Part shown: piece by piece, positions 14,032-26,189 of the stretch
Layout: every line of letters starts with the position of its first letter
Position numbering within the stretch: position 1 is the first letter of the stretch
Origin: Octopus vulgaris
Taxonomy: Eukaryota
Length of the DNA: 64,000 nucleotides
NCBI GenBank assembly: GCA_951406725.2
Contig: OX597814.1
Coordinates: 54,746,001-54,810,000 of the forward strand
Direction: 5' to 3'
Position numbers and translations under genes: made by a program
The notes under the pieces: model-generated
Told to the model about the DNA's origin: nothing
Databases searched by the model: none
Seen by the model: the letters and a program-made list of their open reading frames with translations, nothing else

Positions 14032-14061
14032 TATATATATATATATATATATATTTTTTTG

Positions 14062-14095
<34 letters not shown>

Positions 14096-14119
14096 TATAT
14101 ACATATATATGTGAGTATG

Positions 14120-14153
<34 letters not shown>

Positions 14154-14232
14154 ATTTTAATCCAAACGGGAAACAAAAAAACAACAACAATGGAACAATT
14201 ACAGTATTATTATTAATAGGCGCTCAGGAAAT

Positions 14233-14281
<49 letters not shown>

Positions 14282-15107
14282 TACATATATATACATATAT
14301 ATGTGTGTATGTGTATGTATATATATATATATATACATACATATACATACATACACATACGTAAATATATATATTTATACCATTTGTGTGTGCGTAACTA
14401 TGTATCTGTGTGTGTGTGTGTGCGTGTGTGTATAGGTATTTGTGTGTTTTGTATATGTGAGTGTATGCGCGCGCGTGTGTAAGATATTTAATGTAAAAGA
14501 TAGTGTGTTTATACATATGTGACATGAAGTCTGTACAAAGTTTTCAAACCGGTCGCCAGGTGAATTGTAAGTGGATACCAGTTTTCAATTGACTTGCAGC
14601 GAGGAATACCTTATGTATGTGTGGTAAAGGGAGGGTGGTATGTGTGTGTGCTTGCGTGTGCTCATGTCTATGTGTATTTCTTTGCCTGCCTATTTGTCAG
14701 TCTCTTTTAGCGTGTATGTGTGTGTGTGTGTATGTGTGCATGTATCTATGTATATGTGTGTGAATATTTTTATCGATGTATGTATATATTTTGCTTCTGT
14801 AACTATACACACATATATTTACACACGCACGCACACGCACGCACACACACACACACACATGCACATAGACACAGAAGTACACACATAGTCCTCAACTGGT
14901 TTCAACAAAATTAGACAGCGGCCGCAACGGGTGCGCCGGCTTCAAGGGATTTAGTCGTTCACGTTCATTATAGTGAATCGTCTGGTACTTACATTATACC
15001 ATCTGGTAAGGGACAACAGAACACAGTTGAACAGGATAAAAAGACAAGGTACTTTTTTACGGCATACTCACACACATATTATATATATATACATATACAC
15101 ATATACA

Positions 15108-15138
<31 letters not shown>

Positions 15139-15264
15139 CCCTCCCCCATATATATGTAGATAGATAGACAGACAGGCAGATATATAATACATGCATACAT
15201 ATATAATGCATGCATATACACACTTATAAAAACATACAGTCATTTATATATATGTATGTGTATA

Positions 15265-15305
<41 letters not shown>

Positions 15306-15408
15306 CGGAGTAAACACATAAATGTGAAACAAGGTGGAAAAAAGAGTACTCAAATACCAGTGGTAGAGTAATATGCTTTATTTTAAGCAGCAGAAAAATC
15401 AACAAAAT

Positions 15409-15446
15409 CTGTTACTCTGAGTTTCTCGTTGCCGTTCATCAGACAG
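15409..15446 (-). ncRNA. Minimal type I hammerhead ribozyme in a pLTR-like cassette (~15303-15455)
   Basis: CUGU-CUGAUGA-ACG gcaa CGA-GAAA-CUC a GAG-UA-ACAG; intact core with AATAAA downstream. Confidence 0.85.
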
Positions 15447-15691
15447 TTTTTGCTACATATGCATATACACACACACTGATATATACCCATATATAAAAAT
15501 AGATACATATATATATTTATGCATATATATATCTGATATATATCTTATATATATATAAGTGTATATATATATATATATATATAAACTATATATAAACTAT
15601 ATATGTATACATATCTATAACTCTTGCACAATTTTTATGTCTACATATATGCACATACGCCCACAACGTTATACACATGCATAAATGCAAA

Positions 15692-15726
<35 letters not shown>

Positions 15727-15742
15727 ATATATATTATATACG

Positions 15743-15776
<34 letters not shown>

Positions 15777-15938
15777 GCATATATATGTATATATTTTTAT
15801 ACATACATATATTTTACATCCACGCAAACACACGTATGTTTATATGAATACGTATGTACATATATTCATATAGATAGGCATGTATTTACACACATTTATA
15901 TATGTATAATATATATTTTCATAATACATACATACATA

Positions 15939-15999
<61 letters not shown>

Positions 16000-16934
16000 T
16001 GAATGCAGTTAACGTTTTATCGTTAACCGTGAAGGTATTATTTACCATTAGCGTACTGTGCATGCGTACGTGTAGGTAAAAAATTATTCAATGAGTTGTG
16101 AAATATTTTCAGCTCCCTACCCCCTATGCTGTTATAAGCCTCAATCCGGTAGCGATTCGTTTCGTCCAATTGTGAGATATGTAGTATCAAGTATCAGCAG
16201 TATCCATCAATGGGCTTGTATCTGTTGTATTGATTTCAGAGCACTCTTTGTGTTTCATGTATCAGTCGACGGTAATAGCCAACCAGTCAGCCAGCCAGTA
16301 GGCCAATCAGCCGGCCTATCGTGCAGAAAAGTGGTGAAATTGTTTGCATATAAATAATCGAAACCGATGTGATACGAGTAGCTGTCTCTTGGAAACTTCA
16401 CGTTTTACATTAATAGAAGGCTCCTGTAAAATTTGCGTGACAGAATAAATAAATGTAAATAACGTATTTTCGATTTCCAGAGTTGTCCGAATCTATTTCT
16501 ACTTTAAAATAGTTAAGTACTGAGATCAGATCGATATATACGACCGTCTCCATCCCCTCACCAAAAAATATCTGGTCTTGTGTCTATATTAAAAATCACT
16601 GTAATACGACTATAGATAACATTACTACAATAATTCGGTTTTAAAAGACCTGGTATTATCACGTCATCGAAGACTGGGTGTTCGAATTGACTTCTGCAAT
16701 ATTTGTCTGTTAACTGTCCTTACTTTAGGATTTATTTTCACTGTTACCTAAAATGGTAAAACGAAAATTGTTTCTATCCTAAGTTTTTAAAACAGAACCC
16801 CTCCGCATTTTTATCAAAAATTTGAAGAAAACATTACTTCTGAGCGATGCCAAATACCTCACCTGTTATTAAAAAAGTTAGGTAATAGATAATTTAGGGA
16901 TCAAATAAAGTAAAAAATAAGTATATAAGCTTAC

Positions 16935-17087
16935 CAAAGATCTTACTCCATCTCCCGACAATTTTTTACGGTAGCTGTTGTGTGAGGATAACAAAGCATG
17001 TTGGTAATGTCCTATTGCTATACTGCTACCACCGGCCAGTGCAAGGGCCAGTAGCTGGACAGCCACTAGTAATTTAATCATCCACAT
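16935..17087 (-). CDS. Probable first coding exon of a secreted protein (signal peptide); product unknown
   Basis: ACAACA-ATG start; MWMIKLLVAVQLLALALAGGSS hydrophobic leader; phase-0 donor TTG|GTAAGC after 51 codons; unique, higher-GC 5'UTR-like sequence upstream. Confidence 0.6.
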
Positions 17088-17640
17088 TGTTGTATAGTTA
17101 ATTAATTAGATCCACTTTCTTTCGTTCCTCTCTCGCTTTCGGTGATGCTGCTACTGTTGTTGTGGTTGCTGTTGACACTTCTGTGATTTTAAATGCCAGT
17201 CAGTCTCTCTGTCAGTCTGTATACCGGGGCTTGTCCCGATCGGACCAAGTTGGTTAACAGCACGTCTGTCAGATCGACTTCTCCACTGAGATAACAATAA
17301 CAAGTGGCGTGCACATAACACTGCAAGACAAGGTTGAAAGGCAAGACAACACACAACACGGTGATTGGTCGGGTCGCTTACACCGACCTGCTGGCAGGCG
17401 TGTAGGCGGGCAGCAGACTTACAGACAAACAAGAAGACAGAAAAGCTGCTCTACCGGCAGGCTGATAGTCTCTATTGGGAATGACAGAACGAAGAAGATC
17501 CGACTCAGGGGGGTGGAGAGAAAGATAGAGAAAAAGAGAATGAGAGAGAGAGAGAGAGAGAGAGAAAGCGAATGAGAGAGAGAGAAAGAGAGAGAAGGGG
17601 GGACAGACTGACGGAGACTGAAGAGAATAGAGGGTGAGAT
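17088..17640 (-). promoter_or_regulatory. Putative 5'UTR/promoter region of the secreted-protein gene
   Basis: Non-repetitive, CpG-containing segment with a (CT/GA)n tract directly upstream of the ATG. Confidence 0.35.
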
Positions 17641-17825
17641 GAATAAAGTAGTTTTGCAGATAACAAGCACACACACACATGCGTGTGCGTCCACACGTTT
17701 GCACGCACGCACACATACGCCGGCACGCACACATACGCCGGCACGCACACACACACACATCAAGGTATATTTTCTATTTTCTATTGTTTCAATTTTTTAA
17801 ACTTTACTTTTTTTCCATTGAAAAA

Positions 17826-17863
<38 letters not shown>

Positions 17864-17951
17864 CTAAGTATTAGTGTTTTTCGGTCGATAACTGATGAAG
17901 TATTAGGGTTCTGATGTATGCCCTACGTGTACGCTTTGTAGTATTTAATGC

Positions 17952-17989
<38 letters not shown>

Positions 17990-17994
17990 ATATG

Positions 17995-18081
<87 letters not shown>

Positions 18082-18090
18082 ACATATATA

Positions 18091-18490
18091 GTGGCTGTGT
18101 GGTAAGAAGCTTGCTAACCAACCACATGGTTCCGGGTTCAGTCCCACTGCGTGGCATCTTGGGCAAGTGTCTTCTGCTATAGCCCCGGGCCGACTAATGC
18201 CTTGTGAGTGGATTTGGTAGGCGGAAACTGAAAGAAGCCTGTCGTATATATGTGTGTATATGTATATATGTGTGTGTGTCTGTGTATTTGTGTGTGTGTG
18301 TTTGTCCCCCCTAACATTGCTTGACAACCGATGCTGGTGTGTTTACGTCCCCGTCACTTAGCGGTTCGGCAAAAGAGACCGATAGAATAAGTACTGGGCT
18401 TACGAAAGAATAAGTCCCGGGGTCGAGTTGCTCGATTAAAGGCGGTGCTCCAGCATGGCCTCAGTCAAATAACTGAAACAAGTTAAAGAA
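18091..18490 (+). mobile_element. tRNA-derived SINE family A, near full length
   Basis: A/B-box head, internal (TA/TG)n tract, core GATAGAATAAGTACT and tail GGCGGTGCTCCAGCATGGCC..AGTCAAAT.ACTGAAACAAGT. Confidence 0.92.
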
Positions 18491-18500
18491 AGAAAGAAAG

Positions 18501-18569
<69 letters not shown>

Positions 18570-18841
18570 TATACACACACACATATACACACACACACAC
18601 ATACACATATATAACTATACGTATGCATGTATGTGTGTGTATGTGTCTTTGCACCAATGTTTGTCCCCCACCACCACCACTACCACCACCACTTCCACAA
18701 CCACCACAACAACCACCACCAGCATATATATATATAATTTAAAATAATAAGAGTGAAAAATTGAATTTTAATTTGATTAATATCAATTAAAAACCAGTGG
18801 TCTAGCATACAGAAAAATCTGAAGATCCAGAAAAATTATAT

Positions 18842-18928
18842 TACATACATATAAGAGGGATGACCACAGGGGATCGACTTCTAGCATATAGATGTCCACA
18901 TGGTGGTCATTCCTCTTATATGTATGTA
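18842..18928. repeat. Hairpin with 26-bp arms
   Basis: TACATACATATAAGAGGGATGACCAC / GTGGTCATTCCTCTTATATGTATGTA. Confidence 0.8.
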
Positions 18929-18939
18929 TATACATATAC

Positions 18940-18975
<36 letters not shown>

Positions 18976-19074
18976 CTGTGTGTGTGTCTGTGTGTATGTG
19001 TGTGTGTGTGTGTGTATACTAGCAGAGATAACCGGCCTTACTCGGGATTAAAATGGCAAAGTTTTTTTTATTAT

Positions 19075-19268
19075 TGTTTTACTTGTTTCAGTCATGTGAC
19101 TGCGGCCGTGCTGGAGCCCTGCCGTTCGTCGAACAAATCGACCACAGAATTTATACCTTGTGAGCCTAGTAGTTATTCTATTAGTGGCTTTTGCTGAACC
19201 GCTATCTTATGGGAACGCAAACACAGCAACATCAGTTGTCAAGCAATGGTGGAGTACAAACACACGCA

Positions 19269-19343
<75 letters not shown>

Positions 19344-19419
19344 GTATACACATATATACGACAGTCTTTCAGTTTCCGTGTACGAAATCCACACACAAGG
19401 CTTTGGTCGGCCTGAGGCT

Positions 19420-19420
<1 letters not shown>
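19075..19420 (-). mobile_element. SINE family A copy, 5' truncated
   Basis: Reverse complement of the 18091-18490 body and tail. Confidence 0.85.
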
Positions 19421-19455
<35 letters not shown>

Positions 19456-19537
19456 GGTCCCGGGTTGAGTCGGGGTTAACCACAGTAAATAAGGTACTCA
19501 ATACATTGCAGAGTAAATTAATTTATTTTATAGAAGG

Positions 19538-19588
19538 AGCTTCTACAGGACTAGAACTGTTTCATTCAAAAGAAATCATCAGGAAGCT
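19538..19588 (-). ncRNA. Type I hammerhead ribozyme in a pLTR-like cassette (~19453-19795)
   Basis: AGCUUC-CUGAUGA-UUUC uuuu GAAU-GAAA-CAG uucuaguc CUG-UA-GAAGCU; 6-bp stem I and a closed stem III. Confidence 0.88.
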
Positions 19589-19825
19589 AGGTGACAAGAG
19601 TAGTTTTGGCATTTATACATTTAGGCAGGTTTAAAGGGGTGGTGGTGGTGGACTTTTTTGGGGTAGGCATGGTGCAAACTATCATTCTTAGGGGAGTGGT
19701 CAAAGGAATCGGTGGTAAAGTAGATAAAAGAATAAATAAAAGAATAAAAGAATAAATAGAAAAATAGAGTTTTAGGTAAATAAGGAGACTCTCACTTATA
19801 CATATACATATACATATACATACAT

Positions 19826-19880
<55 letters not shown>

Positions 19881-20162
19881 TGTACATATACACATACACA
19901 CACACACATACACATATGTATACATATACATACATACATATACACACATATATACATACATACACATATACATATATACATATATACACATACAATACGT
20001 ACACATACACACATACACCCATATACACATGTACATATGTACCCATATACATGTATCTACGTACACGCCCATACCTATACTCATACATACACTTATATAT
20101 GTCTACGCACATATATATATTAAAGGGGATATACACCCCCATACATACACGCTCCCATATCC

Positions 20163-20197
<35 letters not shown>

Positions 20198-20339
20198 TAT
20201 TTGTATGTATATATATATAATATAATATATATATGTATGTATATATATATGCATATATATACACATACATGTACATACCTACATATATATGTGTATATAC
20301 ATGCATATATATATGTGTGTATGTATATATACATGCATG

Positions 20340-20790
20340 TCAAAAAAACGTGAACAAAATGAGAAACGAGAACATAAAAAACAAAAGCATGCAAAACGAA
20401 CTTTTTTTTCGAATTTCGAAGGAAACAAATAGAAAAACGAGACAAGCAACATAAAGAACATTCCCTTCATCATCTGTCCTCTGTTTTATCTACTCCGCGT
20501 TCGAAGGTAGGGACAAGACGCGACTTCGTTAAAACAGTCCTTCCCGCAAAGCAAATCAAATAAAATTTGGGATTTTTTGCGGAGGGTTAAAGTGGTAACA
20601 AAAGCAGGACACTAAGAACAAAACAGTAAAAACAAACGGTGATGGCTGTTAAGTCATAACGAAGTGAAGTGATGAACGCTGGAAAAACGTGCTTTGAGAA
20701 GAGACAGGCAAAAGCAGGTCTTGTCTTTAGGAAGGAAGTGAAAGAAATATATATAGCCGTTGGTCATGTGTGAGCAACACGAGGGTCAAG
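20340..20790 (-). mobile_element. pLTR-like repeat (same family as 10403 and 60720)
   Basis: Reverse-complement homology to 60800-61080, including TGATGAAGGGAATGTTCTTTATGTTG. Confidence 0.7.
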
Positions 20791-20792
20791 GG

Positions 20793-20847
<55 letters not shown>

Positions 20848-21047
20848 GTGAAGGGGAGAGGAGAAGAATTAGGGAAAGGGTGGGAGAGAATAACAGAAAG
20901 GAAGAAGATGCATCCATTTCCAAGTAAGCTTTATCTTAATTCGGATGCGCATTCTACAACCTATTTCTATTCTATCTATATACACGTATAGATACATATA
21001 TATGTATGCATACATACACATACATGCATATACGTGCATACATATAC

Positions 21048-21102
<55 letters not shown>

Positions 21103-21207
21103 TATATATATATACATATATACATACGTATATAGATATATATACATACATATATATACAAAGATATAAATATATACATATATATATACATACAATACAT
21201 ACATACA

Positions 21208-21243
<36 letters not shown>

Positions 21244-21244
21244 G

Positions 21245-21572
21245 TGAAAATATTCATAATGGAACTTTTAAAACTGAAAGTATTATCTCACATTACAATA
21301 AAGATGTTAGTGTTTCACTTTTGATATGTAATACTGAAATAGTCTAAGAGATAAGAGATTTCTCCGGGCTTGCGTTACGGAAGAAGTTGAAAATATTTTG
21401 GCCCATGTCACTGCATGGACCCTAAGTAAGGTATGTGTAAACTTTGAATGTAATTAGTTGGGTAGTTCTCGAGTTTTAGTGATGCATACATACAATCACA
21501 CAGATAGATAGATAGATAGACAGTCAGTCAGACACACAGACACATTCTCGGTTTTATATATATATATATATT
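21245..21572 (-). mobile_element. Non-autonomous Helitron 5' fragment
   Basis: Homologous to 31568-31920: TATATAAAA start, (GTCT)n tract and CCTTACTTAGGGTCCATG. Confidence 0.7.
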
Positions 21573-21677
21573 TATACACACAGACGCACATATATATATA
21601 CGCGCACACACACATACACATGAATAAATATATAATTTTTGTGTGTATGTATGTGTGCGTGTGCATTTATGTATTCT

Positions 21678-21831
21678 TTTACTATTTGGTTTTGTCATTA
21701 GACTGCCGCCATGCTGAGGCACAACCTTGAAGAGTTAAGTCAACCCATTATTTTTCGTCTGGTACTTATTCTATCGTATTCTTTTTAATGAAACGCTAAG
21801 TTACGTAGTTACGTATTTACGACGTGGTGCA

Positions 21832-21906
<75 letters not shown>

Positions 21907-21913
21907 ATGTATA

Positions 21914-22005
<92 letters not shown>

Positions 22006-22300
22006 AAAGCAATTAAGATTCAAGTGAGTTCTGTTGAATTCACATGAATGAGGTACTTAACTTAGATGCACCAGGAATCTATATGGTATTAACCATAAGA
22101 TAATGTGGGGTGATTATAAACAAGGAAAAAGCAACAAAAATGGATCAATATTTCGGTACAATTGTTTCGTACGAAGACCACCTTTATTAAGGCTGCAAAA
22201 ATTGCAGCAAATACACGTGACCCGTACTCATCAGCCGAAAAAACATTGGTTGTCAAGTGATGTTGGGGGACACATACAAATGCACACAAACACACACACA
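21678..22300 (-). mobile_element. SINE family A copy interrupted by microsatellite and an HHR cassette
   Basis: Tail at 21678-21810; body resumes at 22245 (GGTTGTCAAGTGATGTTGGGGGACA). Confidence 0.7.
22151..22240 (-). ncRNA. Type I hammerhead ribozyme with extended stem II
   Basis: UUUCGG-CUGAUGA-GUACG[~55-nt hairpin]CGUAC-GAAA-CAAUUG-UA-CCGAAA; perfect core and palindromic loopless stem III. Confidence 0.92.
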
Positions 22301-22349
22301 CACATATGGATCTTTACCTTTTGACCTACAGATCTTTACCTTTTGACCT

Positions 22350-22745
22350 AAACAACTATCGTCGGTGTTTTCGTTTGACATCGTTCGTGCGTTTGTACTG
22401 GTTTTAGTTTTAAGGTGTTAGGGTTAAGTTTTAGGGTTAGGGTTAGGGTTAAGGTTTTAGAGTTAGTGTTAGGTTTGTCATAGATAACAGTGACAAACGA
22501 AAAATATATCGCTGGAAGTTCTTGTTGACAAACAACGGCAGTAATTTTATTCAGCTCAATACACGTCATTGATTGGTTGAAATTACCGAAATAGGGCTAC
22601 TTTAACGTGAAATAACTTCGTAAATACAAGTGTTTCTCAAAAATTCTAACACTAAAAGATGTTTTATATGACACATTCTACCAGTGCCGAAGTTTGAAAG
22701 TGTTTAGTTACAAAAAATTATTTATGTAAAAATACACTTTTTAAC
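22350..22745. mobile_element. Probable non-autonomous DNA element containing degenerate (TTAGGG)n
   Basis: TTAGGGTTAGGGTTAGGGTTAAGG at ~22431-22454 within AT-rich MITE-like sequence. Confidence 0.4.
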
Positions 22746-23099
22746 ATATGTTAAGGCGCATGGCTTACTGGTTAGGGTGTTGCACTCACGATTCCCATTG
22801 CAAGTAATGTCGATTTGATGGAGAGAGTGAGCTTATGTGGAGGGAAGGAGCTTATTTCTTGTTGCTGCCACGGTTTTCGTCTCATTTCATTGCTCTGCTC
22901 GCATTTCGCACATGTCAATGTGACTGCATTTTTGTTCCTAAAGTGTTTATCTCGAACAAACAGTGCTCCTCGGTAGCATTGCCAGCTCAGGGATTTTGGT
23001 AGTTGTCCATGGGTCCCGGCACGAAGCTCCTCCAGAACAGACTGGTAAGTTGACCGTTACTATAAATGAATCATCTGTGAGGTTGTTCGGCAAGAAATT

Positions 23100-23220
23100 T
23101 AATTCTTTATTTGCCTCAAAGGGCTATACATAGAGGGGCAATACAAGACAGACAAGAGGGGTCGTGACGACAAGGTGAAATGTTCGAATAGATTTAACAA
23201 AAGTAAATAAATTAGTGGTT
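23100..23220 (-). mobile_element. Tx1-like LINE 3'UTR end
   Basis: CCCTTTGAGGCAAATAAAGAA terminus, colinear with the 24470-24680 fragment on the other side of the mariner. Confidence 0.45.
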
Positions 23221-23227
23221 AAAAACA

Positions 23228-24463
23228 TTAGATCATCAAATATGAAATTTGTAGAAAAGAAAAAAAATTGTTAATGTTTTATGAATAGTTTTATTCATCA
23301 AAGTATGCACCCATATTGTCAATACACTTTTGCCATTTCAGTGTAAAATCCTGGCAATCCAGGGTCAATAAAATCTTGGAAGGCCTGTTTTACAGCATCG
23401 TCGGAACTACATTTTTTTCCTGTCAAAAAGTTATCCAAATTCTGGAAGAAGTGGTAGTCAGTGGGGGCAAGATCAGGTGAGTATGGTGAATGATGGAGAA
23501 CTTCCAACTCCAACTCCTGTAGTTTCGTCAATGTCATTTTTGCAATGTGTGGTCTGGCGTTGTCTTGCAATAAATTAGACTAATCTAAGCTGTTTTTTCT
23601 AAGTGTCTGCATCATTTGGTCCAGGTGGCTGCAGTATACTTTGGCTGTGATTGATGAGCGAGGTTTAATGAAATCATAATGGATAACACCTACGCCAGAC
23701 CACCAAACACACACCACCAGCTTCTTTTGATGAATTTTGATTTTTGGACTGTGTTTTGGTGGCTCGTCCTTGTTCAACCATTGTGCTGAACGTTTACGGT
23801 TGTTGTATTGGATCCATTTCTCATCGCATGTTACAATTCGATTAAAAAATGATTCATTTTTGTAACGAGAAAGTAGCATAATGTAGGCTTCCAAACGTTG
23901 CTGTTTCTGATTTTCATTGAGTTCATGTTGAACCCGCTTATCCAACTTTTTCACTTTACCTATTTGAACTAGGTAAGTCAATATTGTTTGCTTGCTAACA
24001 CCAAACAACAACGATAATTCACGGGTACTTTGAGATGGATGTGACTCGACGGTGTCTTTCAGTTCGTCATTATCCACTTTTGTTTCTGGTCGACCGCGTT
24101 GCTCATTTCTGAAGTCAAAGTTACCAGAACGAAATTTTGCGAACCAATTTGATACTATCTTCTCTGTAATAACATTAGAATGAAATACTCCATTAATATT
24201 CCGAGCTGTCTGTGTTGCTATATTTCCAAGAAAGAACTCATTTCAAAACTGTACAAATTTCCAACTTATCCACCTCTAAACAAAAATAGCAAAAAGCGAT
24301 TTATAATTACTTTATAAAGCCCAAAATGAGTTAGAATAAAGAAATAGATGTATCAGCTTTCTAACAAAAAATAAATATTGTCAAAATATAATAATGGCGC
24401 AAAATGAGCAGCTGTCAAAGTTTGTCATATACCTTACCACAAATTTCATACTTGACGACCTAA
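23228..24463 (-). mobile_element. Mariner (DD34D) transposon, full length but decayed
   Basis: IVTCDEKW, QDNARPH and HSPYSPDLAPTDYHFF motifs; TIRs TTAG(A/G)TC(A/G)TCAA(A/G)TATGAAATTTGT; TA at the right end; frameshifts and stops. Confidence 0.95.
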
Positions 24464-24469
24464 TATAAT

Positions 24470-24680
24470 GAATATAACGGGATGGGGAAATAAAAAGTAG
24501 TGCAGGGCGTAGAGACCCCACAAGTCACGCTCCAACACTGCTCTCGCAAAGGAGATCCAGGGGTTTGCGCTCAAGCCGGCCACACTCATGCTTAACAGGC
24601 GCGCCACTTGCAATCATCTGGTTACAAACACGCACGATGGCAGCAACTCTCTCCAGCTTTAGTTTTCGTTTTAAATGTTG
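24470..24680 (-). mobile_element. Tx1-like LINE ORF2 C-terminal fragment
   Basis: HLKRKLKLER resembles HLKRKVRIERE at the end of the 52830-56495 element. Confidence 0.5.
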
Positions 24681-24811
24681 AATGTAGTATTGGGTTAAAC
24701 CAATGTCCTTCAAAGCAGAACTGCACTCATATGTCAGCAGCCCAGCGACTGTGAAACAAGTAAAAGATAGAAGATGGAACAATTTTAATATAGAATTAAC
24801 TTTAATATAAA

Positions 24812-25020
24812 ATGAGCTGGCAGAATTGTTAACACGTTGGATAAAATGGTTAGCGGCGTTTCGTCTGTCTTTATATTCAGAGTTCTACTTCAACCAAGGT
24901 CAACTTTGCCTTTCATCCTCTCGGGGTCGATAACATAAGTCCCAGTTACGCACTGGGGTCGATGTAAAAAAAACTTACTTCCTCCCCCGAAATTACTGGC
25001 CTTGTGCCAAAATTTGAAAC
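24812..25020 (+). mobile_element. SINE family B
   Basis: GAGCTGGCAGAATTGTTAAC...GGGGTCGATAACATAAGTCCCAG...TTGTGCCAAAATTTGAAA. Confidence 0.85.
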
Positions 25021-25151
25021 CAATATAAAATACAAATCGTATCTCCACCGAAAATTAATTAAAAACAAATTAACCAACTCTATAGTTCATAGAGGATAAT
25101 CAATGAGTATATAATTATACTCCGTGAATGTGTAAATGTAAATAAATGTAA

Positions 25152-25206
<55 letters not shown>

Positions 25207-25526
25207 TGTGTAAAGCCTATGCTGTTGCTTGTAGCAAATCTGAAAAAAAACTTACAATGAAATCTTTTGAATTGTCAAAACACAAAGAGTTGGTATTTCA
25301 CTCGAGGCTGTGACTATTGACTTTGAAATGGCTACATTTAATTCGTTTGCAAAACATTTCCCCAGCAGCAGATATTTTAAATTCTTTCAAATCGAGTGGT
25401 GTTTTTGTTAAAATTCAGACTATAATACTACAGAGTTTAATACACTAAAAACCTACAGCATGATTTTCATTAAAACTGTTTCAAGGCTTTGCATTTGCGC
25501 CTCCAATTGAGATCCATGAAGATTAA

Positions 25527-25986
25527 CTAAGCATTTTTCCAGCGTGCTAACGATTCTACCAGCTTGCCATCTTGGTATTTCTATATACTTATTTCAAATT
25601 TTATAACAAGGCCAGTAATTTCGGAGGATGGGTTAAGTCGATTAAATCGTCCCCAGTAATCAACTGGTACTTATTTTATTGACCCAGAAAGCGTGAAAGT
25701 CAAAGCCGACCTCAGCGGAATTTGAACTCAGGATGTAAAAACGGACGAAATATCGTTAAGTATTTTACTCGGCATGCTAACGATTCTGCCAGTACGCCGC
25801 CTTAAATGTTGGCTCAGTGCCAGCAAGTTACATCGATATCAGTACTCAACTGGTAATTATTTTATCAACACTGAAAAGATGAAAATCAAAGTCGACCTCA
25901 GCAGTATTTGAATTCTGGGCGTAAAATCGGACGAAATGCCGCTAAGCGTTTTCTCCGGCGTGCTAACGACTCTGCCAGCTCGCTGC
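25527..25986 (-). mobile_element. Three tandem SINE family B copies (one partial)
   Basis: GCTAACGA(T/C)TCT(A/G)CCAG repeated at ~25546, ~25776 and ~25962. Confidence 0.85.
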
Positions 25987-26189
25987 TTTCAAATTTCAAC
26001 GTATTGAAAATTGATTGTAAATTTTATTCACGACACTAACATTTAACCTTTTATCATTAATATTCACGTCATTGACTCTCTTGAAATGATTGTCTTAGAT
26101 TTCTTTCTTTTTTAATTATGTAAATTAATCCTTGACTGAAACTAGACCTAATTCTTTTTTCTGTTTGTAAAAACCTAATATCTAACCTG

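Noticed and set aside
17890-17930. CTGATGA followed by a hairpin
   Set aside because: No GAAA or stem III.
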